In this document: positions 44,895 through 52,933 of the stretch, in pieces
Layout: the number at the start of each line of letters is the position of its first letter
How positions within the stretch are numbered: position 1 is the first letter of the stretch
Assembly: GCA_965216155.1 (NCBI GenBank)
Contig: CBDCFD010000005.1
Span: forward strand, 149,569 to 213,568
DNA length: 64,000 nt
Reading direction: 5' to 3'
Origin: Dehalococcoidia bacterium
GTDB taxonomy: Bacteria > Chloroflexota > Dehalococcoidia > Lucifugimonadales > UBA3495
Notes under the pieces: model-generated
Database searches by the model: none
The model's input: the letters and a program-made list of their open reading frames with translations, nothing else
What the model was told of the DNA's origin: nothing
Program-made: the position numbers and the translations under genes

Positions 44895-45270
44895 TATTTT
44901 GAGTGGCTCCTATTGCTGGAGCCATTTAACCATAGGGGGGATTGGAGGTGCAATAAAGTTCTACTTATTTTACGCCTCCGACCCTGCTATTCTCTCCATT
45001 GCAAGAGGCGTACACGCTACCCCGATTCCTAATGGCAGTCATTGGCTGTCCTTGGAGCATGGGTCTATGGTAGCTGAGACCGGCATGTTTCATGCCCCCT
45101 TGAGGCCCATGCGATATGGGGTTAGGCGTCTCTTGCAAGTGCCGAATCCTGGCCGCAAGGGGGCTCCCTCCTATGTCCTTCCAAGAGCGTTGGCTGAAAC
45201 TACGGGACCAGATCAGGAAAGATGACCTGATAAGATAGGCCCTGCCGGACTGTGATTCCGGCAGGGCCTA
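44895..45270 (+). ncRNA. candidate structured RNA of unknown class, ending in a terminator-like hairpin
   Basis: Nested helices pair 44904-44910 with 44918-44924, 44944-44950 with 44973-44979, 44999-45010 with 45127-45138, 45057-45063 with 45106-45112, and 45082-45087 with 45091-45096. A perfect 12-bp hairpin spans 45238-45268. The G-U pairs are valid only on the plus strand. Confidence 0.4.
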
Positions 45271-45423
45271 TTACGTTAAGCGCCGCCGCCGAGACGGAGA
45301 CGCCCACGGGCCTGAGTAAGGCTGCCCCTATTGTAGCAGCAGGGGCGGTCCTGTAGGGTTACATCAGTAACGAATTGATTGCCTCCCGTTTCGGTGAGTT
45401 TTCACCGGAAGGGAGGTATTTTT

Positions 45424-45846
45424 ATGAGAGACGCATTATCGGCCCGACGCTGGTTAAGGTGGACGATGGGCTTTATGGGTGGTGTGATAGCAATATGGGG
45501 CTTCGTTGGATTTCCAGCCTTTTGGCAATCAGATTCTTTTGCTCCTGGGGAACGTGAGTATCTTCATAAAACTATTAGAGAAGTGGTTGATGAGGGAATG
45601 CAGTCAACAAACGACAATAAGGTGGCCATTGGGGAGTATGAGCAAATATGCTCGGCCCTTCAGGAGAAGAGTTGGGATTCTGAGTTGGTTCGATCCCCAG
45701 ATAATTCGGAAGAGTCATGGCGGTTAGCTCGGAGCCTTTATTATCTTGAGTTGGTATTTGGAAATGTTCAACGTCTTCAGGAAGAACAGAATCTTGCTTC
45801 ATATTCTTTCGAGAAGTTTTGCGAGGATATATGGTCTTCGAGATGA
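45424..45846 (+). CDS. hypothetical membrane-anchored protein (low-GC islet)
   Basis: ATG at 45424 after GGGAGG. One N-terminal TM segment. Confidence 0.5.
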   Translation: MRDALSARRWLRWTMGFMGGVIAIWGFVGFPAFWQSDSFAPGEREYLHKTIREVVDEGMQSTNDNKVAIGEYEQICSALQEKSWDSELVRSPDNSEESWRLARSLYYLELVFGNVQRLQEEQNLASYSFEKFCEDIWSSR

Positions 45847-45943
45847 CAGGTTCTAAGGTTAAATTGCTCAGTGTGGATTCAAAAGACCATAAAGGGGTCT
45901 GTGTGGCTCAAAACTTCTATGGCTGACAGTAAGGATAGGTCTG

Positions 45944-46165
45944 ATGAGGAATAGAAATATCTGTCCGGTCTGCAAACGTCCGAAGAAGCGGCAGTTTCCG
46001 TACTGTTTGAATTGCCATAAGAAGCTATGTGGGCGTCCGGCCCCAAAGCAGTTTGGCGAGTGCAAGTATGGCCGATGTCATCTTCCGGTTGCCAGGGGCT
46101 TCTTAGGTTTGCCGGAAGAGTTTTGTCCTCAGCACCAGAGCCAGAAGAACCGGGGGATGATTTAG
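45944..46165 (+). CDS. small Cys-rich zinc-ribbon protein
   Basis: CPVCKRP...CLNCHKK, 73 aa. Confidence 0.35.
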   Translation: MRNRNICPVCKRPKKRQFPYCLNCHKKLCGRPAPKQFGECKYGRCHLPVARGFLGLPEEFCPQHQSQKNRGMI

Positions 46166-46175
46166 TTGGATTGAC

Positions 46176-47446
46176 TTACGCCACTGTCACGCTCATCTCC
46201 CGCATACGGTCCGGGTCTTCGGCTTTGAGCCGGGTAAGGACCGTTGCCTGGAAGGTGAGGACCGAGATGATCGCAAGCAGCTTAATTTTCTTCATGCTCA
46301 TAACACAGTGCCTTTCCAGTCCTCTGGAGTGCTTCAGGCTGCGGAATATCCGCTCGATGCTCATACGCTGGCTGTAGAGGCGCTCCCAGGCTTTTGTGAA
46401 CCTGGGTAGTGGCCCGAGGACCCGAAGGTTGTCCTCGGGCCGCTCCCAGACTTCGGTGCACAGTGGGTAATGGCCTTGGTTCCTTGGGTTTTCAGTGGGC
46501 ATCCTTGGGGTGAACACTGAAACAAGTGGGCGCCAGTTTCCTGGTCGGTGCGGACGTAGTCCATTTCTTGTTGGCTCATGCAAGTAGGCTTTCCCGACGC
46601 TGTATACATGTTCTCGTAGTAGCCGTCCGCTGCTACTGGCTTCCGTATGTGGATGATCGGGATAATGTCTAAGCCGAATAGGAATTGATGATTGGTCAGA
46701 GAGTCGTAGCCGCGGTCGGCGAGTAAAGCTCTGGGTTCCATCCAGGGGTAATCGTTCAAGGTTTTGTTGACTACTGTTCGGAGTTGAGGAGAATCGTTGG
46801 TGTTGGCCGGGGTAATAGTGAAGGCCAGGGGAACGCCGTGGGTGGCGTCGGAGACCAGGTGCATTTTGTAGCCGAAACCCCATTCTGTTTTGCCGTTTTT
46901 GCTTCGGGAACTATGTTTGATGCCCCATTTGGCATCGGGATCGCTGACTGGTTTCCGGTTGGGATTGGCGTAGCTCTCAAATAGGGTGAAGTCTATGGCG
47001 ATTGTAGCGCCCAAGGGTGGTAATGGCTGGTCCTGTCTGTTCTCCCGGCGTTTTACTGCCGGGACCAGCCCTTTGATTTCGTTGGTGACTTTGATCAGGT
47101 ATGGCTCCATAAGGTTGGTATGGTTTGCCAGACGGGTGGTAAATCTGCTGAAGGCGCTCTCGCTGGGGATGTTATCACCGAAGCCGCAGACTTCCCGGAG
47201 CTTGCGGCTCCCGCGGAGACGCTCCAGGAGGTGGTTGTTGAAGCGTATCTTCAGGAGGAGCTTGGTGAGGAAGGCCCGCCACATGGCTTTTACTGGGTAT
47301 CCGGGCCGTCCGGTGTAGCGGTAGCTTTGGAGGACGTTGATGAGCGGCTGATTATCAAGGTTGTCGAGAGTATTGGCCAGCTCGTCAATACCGCCTTTGG
47401 GCGGTTGATCAGGTTTGGTAGCCTGTATTGAGCTTCCAGTGTCCAC
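46176..47446 (-). mobile_element. IS4/IS5-like DDE transposase gene, frameshifted
   Basis: ORF 46361..47446 carries IAIDFT, GYKMHLVSDA and LLADRGYDS. The C-terminal YSQRMSIERIFRSLKH lies in another frame (ORF 46176..46883). Terminal inverted repeats were not identified. Confidence 0.75.
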
Positions 47447-47521
47447 GAGGAGTTACTGACTCCTGGTGGACTGGAATCCGGTGGCGGCTTTGTGTTCAGC
47501 GTGGATTCATTGTTTTTGTAC

Positions 47522-48037
47522 TCATTCTTTTTCAGTATGACCAGGTGTGCGTGGGTTGGTTGGGTTGGAATGATTCTCATTTGCTGATGGCGATGGATTC
47601 TCCGGTATAGGTTTGTCAGCAAGGCACCAGGTATTGTTGCCGACGTTGATGAACCTAGTCTTGGCTCCATTAAGGGAGTTACGGAGTTGAGTCTTGGGAT
47701 CGGCAGTCCCGTGAAACTCCACTCTCCAGCGTTGCGCCCAGTAAAGGATGTCACTGATGTGCATCGGTCTGTCGTGAAGCTCCAAGATTTCTTGGAAGAT
47801 TTGTACGTTTGGTTTGTCGTTATACTTGTTGTTGGCAAGACTGCGGTTAGCATTCCTTTGGTTCATAATTCCGCCTATGTTTGCCTCTTGATAATACTTC
47901 TCGGCTGTTTCAAGGAGTGAATGGAAGTGTTGTAGCTTCTCGTTGTCGGCAATATTGGTGTTCATTTCCTCTCGGCTGATGTGGACTTCGGCTTCAATTT
48001 CCTTCATGCCTTTGATTATATTGCTTGTGTTTTCCAC
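47522..48037 (-). CDS. hypothetical protein with a HARE-HTH-like C-terminal domain
   Basis: IFQEILELHDRPMHISDILYWAQ...FINVGNNTWCLAD. The gene is low-GC. Confidence 0.45.
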   Translation of the reverse strand: MENTSNIIKGMKEIEAEVHISREEMNTNIADNEKLQHFHSLLETAEKYYQEANIGGIMNQRNANRSLANNKYNDKPNVQIFQEILELHDRPMHISDILYWAQRWRVEFHGTADPKTQLRNSLNGAKTRFINVGNNTWCLADKPIPENPSPSANENHSNPTNPRTPGHTEKE

Positions 48038-48131
48038 TTTCTTCTCCTGTTATAGGCAAGGTGTAGAGTTGGGTTGGAATTGTGACTGTTTGTGTCTTTA
48101 ACTCGGTTGTAGTTCTGGATACGATTGAATT

Positions 48132-48202
48132 GGTGGAGAGAGGGGGACTCGAACCCCCGTCGCACGGATTTGAAGGCCAGCGACCCCACCTGGGCACCCC
48201 AC
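48132..48202 (-). other. tRNA/tmRNA-like 3' fragment (T-arm, acceptor 3' strand, encoded CCA)
   Basis: The minus strand reads ...GCUGGCCUUCAAAUCCGUGCGACGGGGGUUCGAGUCCCCCUCUCUCCACCA. No complementary 5' acceptor strand (GGRGRGR) was found upstream. Confidence 0.5.
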
Positions 48203-48633
48203 AAAAATACCGGGGGGGGATGAACACCTCCTTTCCGGTCATAGATAAAGCGGCCCCGATGCTGTGAGAAGTTAGGCGGGGTCGCTTATTTTGTGTTGCC
48301 TGTATTTTAAGCGATTGGCCGGTTTGGGTCAATGCGCGGTAGACATTTGTGTGGAAAACGTCTTTTGGGAAGGTCTTTCCGGCTATGTCATGCGCGGAGC
48401 CTGTGAAGGCTGTTGGAGCCGTCAACAGGCCCTATGGGTCTGTGAAGTGGCGGGGCACGGATTTGAGGCTGTCTGGGCAATGTGGGAGTGTCGAGAATCG
48501 TAGCTGTTTTGGCTAATTCTGCTGCTAAAACCGGGCAGTCTGAGTTATGCAATTGTCTCCTCGGTCACAATTAGTCCTGGCTATCAGGATTGGCGTCTAA
48601 GGGGAGTCAGCGCCGGGCATGGATGTGAATGGA

Positions 48634-49224
48634 TTACTCGTTCCCCAGTGCTTTCGGGAGGTCCCGGAAGGCTGTGAGCACGGAACGCGACGCCCGAGCG
48701 CGGAATTGGACCGGAGTGTTTTCGATCTCTGGAGTGATGGCCAGGCGGACGAACACCGGGCCCGTGGTGGCCAGTACCTCGTCGATTCCAGTAGCCAGGT
48801 CTTCGATGTTGTCGAAGTCAAAGGTGGCGGCATACCCGGCGGCCCTGGCCATGTCAGCCCAGTCCGCTTTCCCAGCGCCCGGGACCGGCTGGCCGCCAGT
48901 GACAGCGTAGACTCCATTATCGAACAGGAAGTGGTAGACGTTCTTTGGCGCTTTGCTGGTCAACGTGACCATCGCCCCCAGATTCATTAGCAGGCTGCCG
49001 TCTCCGTCGAGTACCATGATTTTCCGCTGCGGCTGGGCCAGCGCCAAGCCGAGGCCCAAAGAAGAGGCCTTGCCCATAGCCCCGGAGAGGGGAAAGTCCA
49101 GGTCCTCATTGGACGTGACGCTGGGAAGTCCGAAGTTGACGTTGTTCGCGTTCATCGTGGCCACGAACACGGAGTCTTCGCGCTTGCTATCCAGTAATTT
49201 AACGGCGTCGGTGTTGTCGATCAT
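48634..49224 (-). CDS. TPP-dependent decarboxylase beta subunit (sulfopyruvate/phosphonopyruvate decarboxylase-like)
   Basis: GDGSLLMNLG TPP-binding motif, 196 aa. Confidence 0.8.
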   Translation of the reverse strand: MIDNTDAVKLLDSKREDSVFVATMNANNVNFGLPSVTSNEDLDFPLSGAMGKASSLGLGLALAQPQRKIMVLDGDGSLLMNLGAMVTLTSKAPKNVYHFLFDNGVYAVTGGQPVPGAGKADWADMARAAGYAATFDFDNIEDLATGIDEVLATTGPVFVRLAITPEIENTPVQFRARASRSVLTAFRDLPKALGNE

Positions 49225-49247
49225 ACTGTGACTCTCCCGAGAATCGA

Positions 49248-49775
49248 TTAGGCCCCGAACTCGGTGCCGACCAGGACTGCCACGGGCTTGCGGGTCCGTT
49301 CGGCCTCTTCGAGTGCGTTGCTGATGCGGCCGGCGTCTTCGTCGGTCTCGATCAGGTAATAACTGATCCCCCAGGCGTGGAGGATATGCTCAATGAAACG
49401 GGCCGCGGAATCGTTGGTTACTCCATGGCGGCTCCAACCCCTGTAACCGACCAACATCACCAATGGTTGGTTCACATCGAGACCCAGGCCGCGGATCGAG
49501 TCGCCAGACTCGAATATCCCGGTGTTTTGGATCAATACGACCGGTTTTTTGCCCCCGACCCAAAGCCCCGCCGCGATGGCCATGGTCTCTCCTTCACGGC
49601 AGACCGGGACCAGGTCCAGGGTGGGTTCTGAGGTGAGCAACTGGTACATGAAATTGGTCTCACTGTCCGGCAGCCATACCACGTGGGTGAAAGCGTTCTT
49701 CTTTAATTCTTCAATAATCGCGGTGGGATGCAGGACCGCTTCTTGCGTCGTCATGAGGTCTCCTCGCGTGTTCAA
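49248..49775 (-). CDS. TPP-dependent decarboxylase alpha subunit (ComD-like PYR domain)
   Basis: VCREGETMAIAAG pyrimidine-binding Glu region, 175 aa. Confidence 0.8.
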   Translation of the reverse strand: MNTRGDLMTTQEAVLHPTAIIEELKKNAFTHVVWLPDSETNFMYQLLTSEPTLDLVPVCREGETMAIAAGLWVGGKKPVVLIQNTGIFESGDSIRGLGLDVNQPLVMLVGYRGWSRHGVTNDSAARFIEHILHAWGISYYLIETDEDAGRISNALEEAERTRKPVAVLVGTEFGA

Positions 49776-49824
49776 CTGGGATCCGTGAAGTCGCGCCCAT
49801 TATATTCGTGGCCCAGAATAAGCG

Positions 49825-51063
49825 TCAACCGGCGATGGTCAGGTCAAAGGCGCGGCGGCCCAAGACCCTGGAAGCGGCAACGTTCTTTAGCAGGAACGTC
49901 CAAAACAGGTCTTCATCCTCCAAGTACAGGCCCACCAGCCTGGCCGCCGTCTGCTCCATGATGGCGGCCGCCTCGGGAGTCAGGGGGTCCGGTACCGGAG
50001 TGCGGAGCTTGGGGGCAAGCAGGTAATTGTGGAAGGCGATCAGCACTGCTTCGGTTGCGGCCCGGTTTCCCTGGGATATGCGGCGTAGCGCCGCTCCATT
50101 CAGGTAGTTCGGCAGCCGCGAGATGAGCCATTCGAGCAATTGGATATCTTCGGCGACCTGACCCGGAAGACGGAACTCTAATTGGGGCCCTCCCACATAA
50201 AAAGTATGTACCGTAGCAGGATTCTGCCCGGACACGGTGTTTTGTTCGGCTGGACTTTGGTAATCAGAGAGGTAGACGGGCAATACCACCGGTGGATGCG
50301 GCCCGGTGACCATGCCGCCCAGGGCGAAAAGGAAATCAACCCGGGCAAGAGACACCGCCAGTGGGTCCATGTCGGTTGCCGCGACCCGGTCAAGGACCAA
50401 GAGCAGCGTGTCGAACTCGTCCAGTCCACGTTCCAGCATTCCCCCGGCGATTGTGCTAACGGTCCGGTAAAGCCCCTCTCCGCTGCCGCATTGGGCGTGG
50501 TATACGCTCTGTTCCGAGTCAACTTCGGACTGCGGGGTCGTTTGAACGGCGCCAGTGGATGCGCCGCCTGGAATCTGCGGCCCTGCCAAATCCCGGTACA
50601 ATTCAGAAAACTCTTCAGGTCCCGGATTCTGCGCACGGTAGTCAAGCGCGGCTTGCGAGAGTGGGGATAACACGTCCAGGGCTTGTTGGGCCAAATCGGG
50701 CGATGTTGGCCACGTGAAGTGATCGTCCTCGGCAAAGTTGTCTATACCCCGCTCGCGGAAGAAGTCGCCCGCCAACACGTCGCGCAATTGCTGAGAGTTA
50801 AGAACCGGAGTTGGTGCGCCCAGGAACTGGCGGGCCATGATCCTGGTGAGCACAGCCAGGTAGGTGTGCCGGGCGAACGCCTCTTCGCCGCTTCCATCCG
50901 GCAGCCCCGCGATGGACCGCTGGTAGCGCCATTCCCGGAAGCGAAGGCCGACCCTGGGCGAGTCGCCAAAGCGCCGGAGTAGGTCAAGCAGGCCTGGATA
51001 GACCTGGTCGTAGGTGGGGCTTCCCGGCCCGAAGGCGGAAGCGAAGTCGGACCCGCGGGCCAC
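49825..51063 (-). CDS. degenerate, C-terminally truncated N6-adenine DNA methyltransferase-like protein (Eco57I/PglX-like)
   Basis: YHAQCGSGEG replaces the DPxCGSG motif I. ATDMDPLAVSLARVDFLFAL is present. The ORF ends ...AFDLTIAG*, exactly where FDxxxGNPPY would follow. Confidence 0.45.
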   Translation of the reverse strand: MARGSDFASAFGPGSPTYDQVYPGLLDLLRRFGDSPRVGLRFREWRYQRSIAGLPDGSGEEAFARHTYLAVLTRIMARQFLGAPTPVLNSQQLRDVLAGDFFRERGIDNFAEDDHFTWPTSPDLAQQALDVLSPLSQAALDYRAQNPGPEEFSELYRDLAGPQIPGGASTGAVQTTPQSEVDSEQSVYHAQCGSGEGLYRTVSTIAGGMLERGLDEFDTLLLVLDRVAATDMDPLAVSLARVDFLFALGGMVTGPHPPVVLPVYLSDYQSPAEQNTVSGQNPATVHTFYVGGPQLEFRLPGQVAEDIQLLEWLISRLPNYLNGAALRRISQGNRAATEAVLIAFHNYLLAPKLRTPVPDPLTPEAAAIMEQTAARLVGLYLEDEDLFWTFLLKNVAASRVLGRRAFDLTIAG

Positions 51064-51072
51064 CCTTAGCGC

Positions 51073-52458
51073 CTAAAACTCAGCGTTCTTGGGGGTCCGG
51101 GGGAAGGGGATCACGTCCCTGATGTTCGGCATTCCGGTTGCGAATTGGACCGTGCGCTCAAAACCCAGACCAAAGCCGGCGTGAGGCACAGTGCCATAGT
51201 TGCGCAAGTCCAGGTACCACCAATAGTTTTCCGCGTCAAGGCCGCTTTCCTTCATTCTCTCGAGGAGCACGTCCCGCCGTTCTTCACGCTGGCTGCCTCC
51301 AATGATCTCGCCGATCCTGGGCACCAAAACGTCCATGGCCCGAACGGTCTGACCGTCGTCACTGAGCCGCATGTAGAAAGCCTTGATCTCCTTGGGGTAG
51401 TCGGTGACGATTACCGGCTTCCCCACGTGTTTTTCCGTCAAGAACCTCTCATGTTCCGATTGCAGGTCCGCCCCCCAATGGACCGGGAATTCAAAACTCT
51501 CGCCCGAGCGTTGCAGTATTTCTACGGCCTCGGTGTAAGTCAACCGCTCGAAGTTGGAGTCGACGATCCCTTCCAATGTCGAGATGACGGTCTTGTCGTA
51601 CCACTGGTTGAAGAAGGCCAGGTCCTCCGGGCAGTGCTCCAATACGTAGCGAAGTATGTACTTGAGAAAGTCCTCAGATAACTCCGCCAAGCCGTCCAAC
51701 TCACAGAAGGCGACCTCCGGCTCGACCATCCAAAATTCCGCGAGGTGCCGGGAGGTGTTGGAGTTCTCAGCCCTGAAAGTAGGGCCGAAAGTGTACACGT
51801 CGGACAGCGCGAGGGCGAAGATTTCGGCTTCAAGCTGACCGCTGACGGTTAGGAACGTGGGTTTCCCGAAGAAGTCTTCCCCCGAGTCCACCTCTCCGTC
51901 CTTCATCGGAAGTTTGTTCAGGTCAAGGGTGGTAACCCTGAACATGGCTCCCGCGCCCTCGGCATCGCTGGCGGTAATCATGGGTGACTGTAGATAGAGG
52001 AACCCGCGCTCTTGGAAGAAGCGATGTATCGCGAAGGCGAGAGCGTTCCTCACGCGGGCCATGGCTCCAAAGGTGTTGGTGCGTGGCCGGAGATGGGCAA
52101 TCTCCCGCAAGAATTCTACGGTGTGCCGTTTTTTCTGCAAGGGATAGGTGTCGGGGTCCGCCAGTCCCAGGACTTCCAGCGATTTAGCCTGTACCTCGAA
52201 CCGTTGACCCTTGCCGGGAGACTCGACCAGGGCGCCGGACACGGAGACGCTGCAGCCGGTGGTCAAGGATTCCACGACTGAGAAGTTGGGAATCGACTCG
52301 TCGGTAACGACCTGGAGGTCTTGGAGTGTCGAGCCGTCGTTGATCTGCAAGAAGGAAACGTTTCTGGACGAGCGGCGGGTCTTGACCCATCCCTGTACCA
52401 AAATGTCCCCACCAGCGGACTCGCGCTGAAGGATATCGCTTATCTTGGTGCGCAGCAT
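51073..52458 (-). CDS. asnS: asparagine--tRNA ligase
   Basis: 461 aa with [19 protein letters not shown] and class II motifs. Confidence 0.9.
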   Translation of the reverse strand: MLRTKISDILQRESAGGDILVQGWVKTRRSSRNVSFLQINDGSTLQDLQVVTDESIPNFSVVESLTTGCSVSVSGALVESPGKGQRFEVQAKSLEVLGLADPDTYPLQKKRHTVEFLREIAHLRPRTNTFGAMARVRNALAFAIHRFFQERGFLYLQSPMITASDAEGAGAMFRVTTLDLNKLPMKDGEVDSGEDFFGKPTFLTVSGQLEAEIFALALSDVYTFGPTFRAENSNTSRHLAEFWMVEPEVAFCELDGLAELSEDFLKYILRYVLEHCPEDLAFFNQWYDKTVISTLEGIVDSNFERLTYTEAVEILQRSGESFEFPVHWGADLQSEHERFLTEKHVGKPVIVTDYPKEIKAFYMRLSDDGQTVRAMDVLVPRIGEIIGGSQREERRDVLLERMKESGLDAENYWWYLDLRNYGTVPHAGFGLGFERTVQFATGMPNIRDVIPFPRTPKNAEF

Positions 52459-52553
52459 CGGCGTGACCCCTTTCTGTCCATTCTAGCATCGGCGCATGTA
52501 GCGGCCAAGCCGCAGTACTGGGACCCAGGTCAGACAGCGAGCCGGGAAACCGG

Positions 52554-52925
52554 TCAGATGCTAACGTCCGCCATCATCAGCGCGTCCGTAGGGACTAATC
52601 GCTGACCCACAGGGTCCACTGCCAACAAGGCTCGTTCCAGCGTGTAGACTCCGAGCAATGCCGTGGTGTCGTCCTCGCCAAACACTACGATCGTGGAAAA
52701 CTCTCTTCCTTCGATTCGGACCTGAGTTTCGCCAATTGACCGTTGGATCGTATTATCGTCCGCTAGCCGGAATCTAACCGTCTCTGTAGCCGTAACGCCG
52801 AGCCGGTCGAGCATTGTCGATGGTACGACGGTGAACGTAGCCCCGGTATCCACGAGCGCATCCACTTGCTCGAACTCGTTGGTGTCCGGTCCTCCCACTC
52901 CCAGGGAATATCTAAAGATGCTCAT
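52554..52925 (-). CDS. retropepsin-like (clan AA) aspartic protease
   Basis: ALVDTGATFTVVP catalytic DTGA, 123 aa. Confidence 0.65.
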   Translation of the reverse strand: MSIFRYSLGVGGPDTNEFEQVDALVDTGATFTVVPSTMLDRLGVTATETVRFRLADDNTIQRSIGETQVRIEGREFSTIVVFGEDDTTALLGVYTLERALLAVDPVGQRLVPTDALMMADVSI

Positions 52926-52933
52926 GTTTTTCT

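Noticed and set aside
44899-45225. 108-aa plus-strand ORF with a TTG start.
   Set aside because: GC3 is only about 50% in a ~60% GC genome, no RBS was seen, and the region folds into extensive helices. It is treated as non-coding, although this is not certain.
45195-45232. TPP-riboswitch-like word (minus-strand CCUGAUCUGG...CGUAG).
   Set aside because: There is no CUGAGA element and no matching P1-P3 architecture. The segment is better explained as a simple ATCAGG/CCTGAT hairpin within the candidate plus-strand RNA.
48132-48560. Possible tmRNA (ssrA) ending in the ...UCUCUCCACCA 3' end.
   Set aside because: There is no 5' GGGG(N)3 acceptor strand able to pair with UCUCUCC including a G3-U70 pair. 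There is no GGxUUCGAC element and no convincing tag ORF ending in (A/V/L)AA. A permuted arrangement was also checked downstream and not supported.
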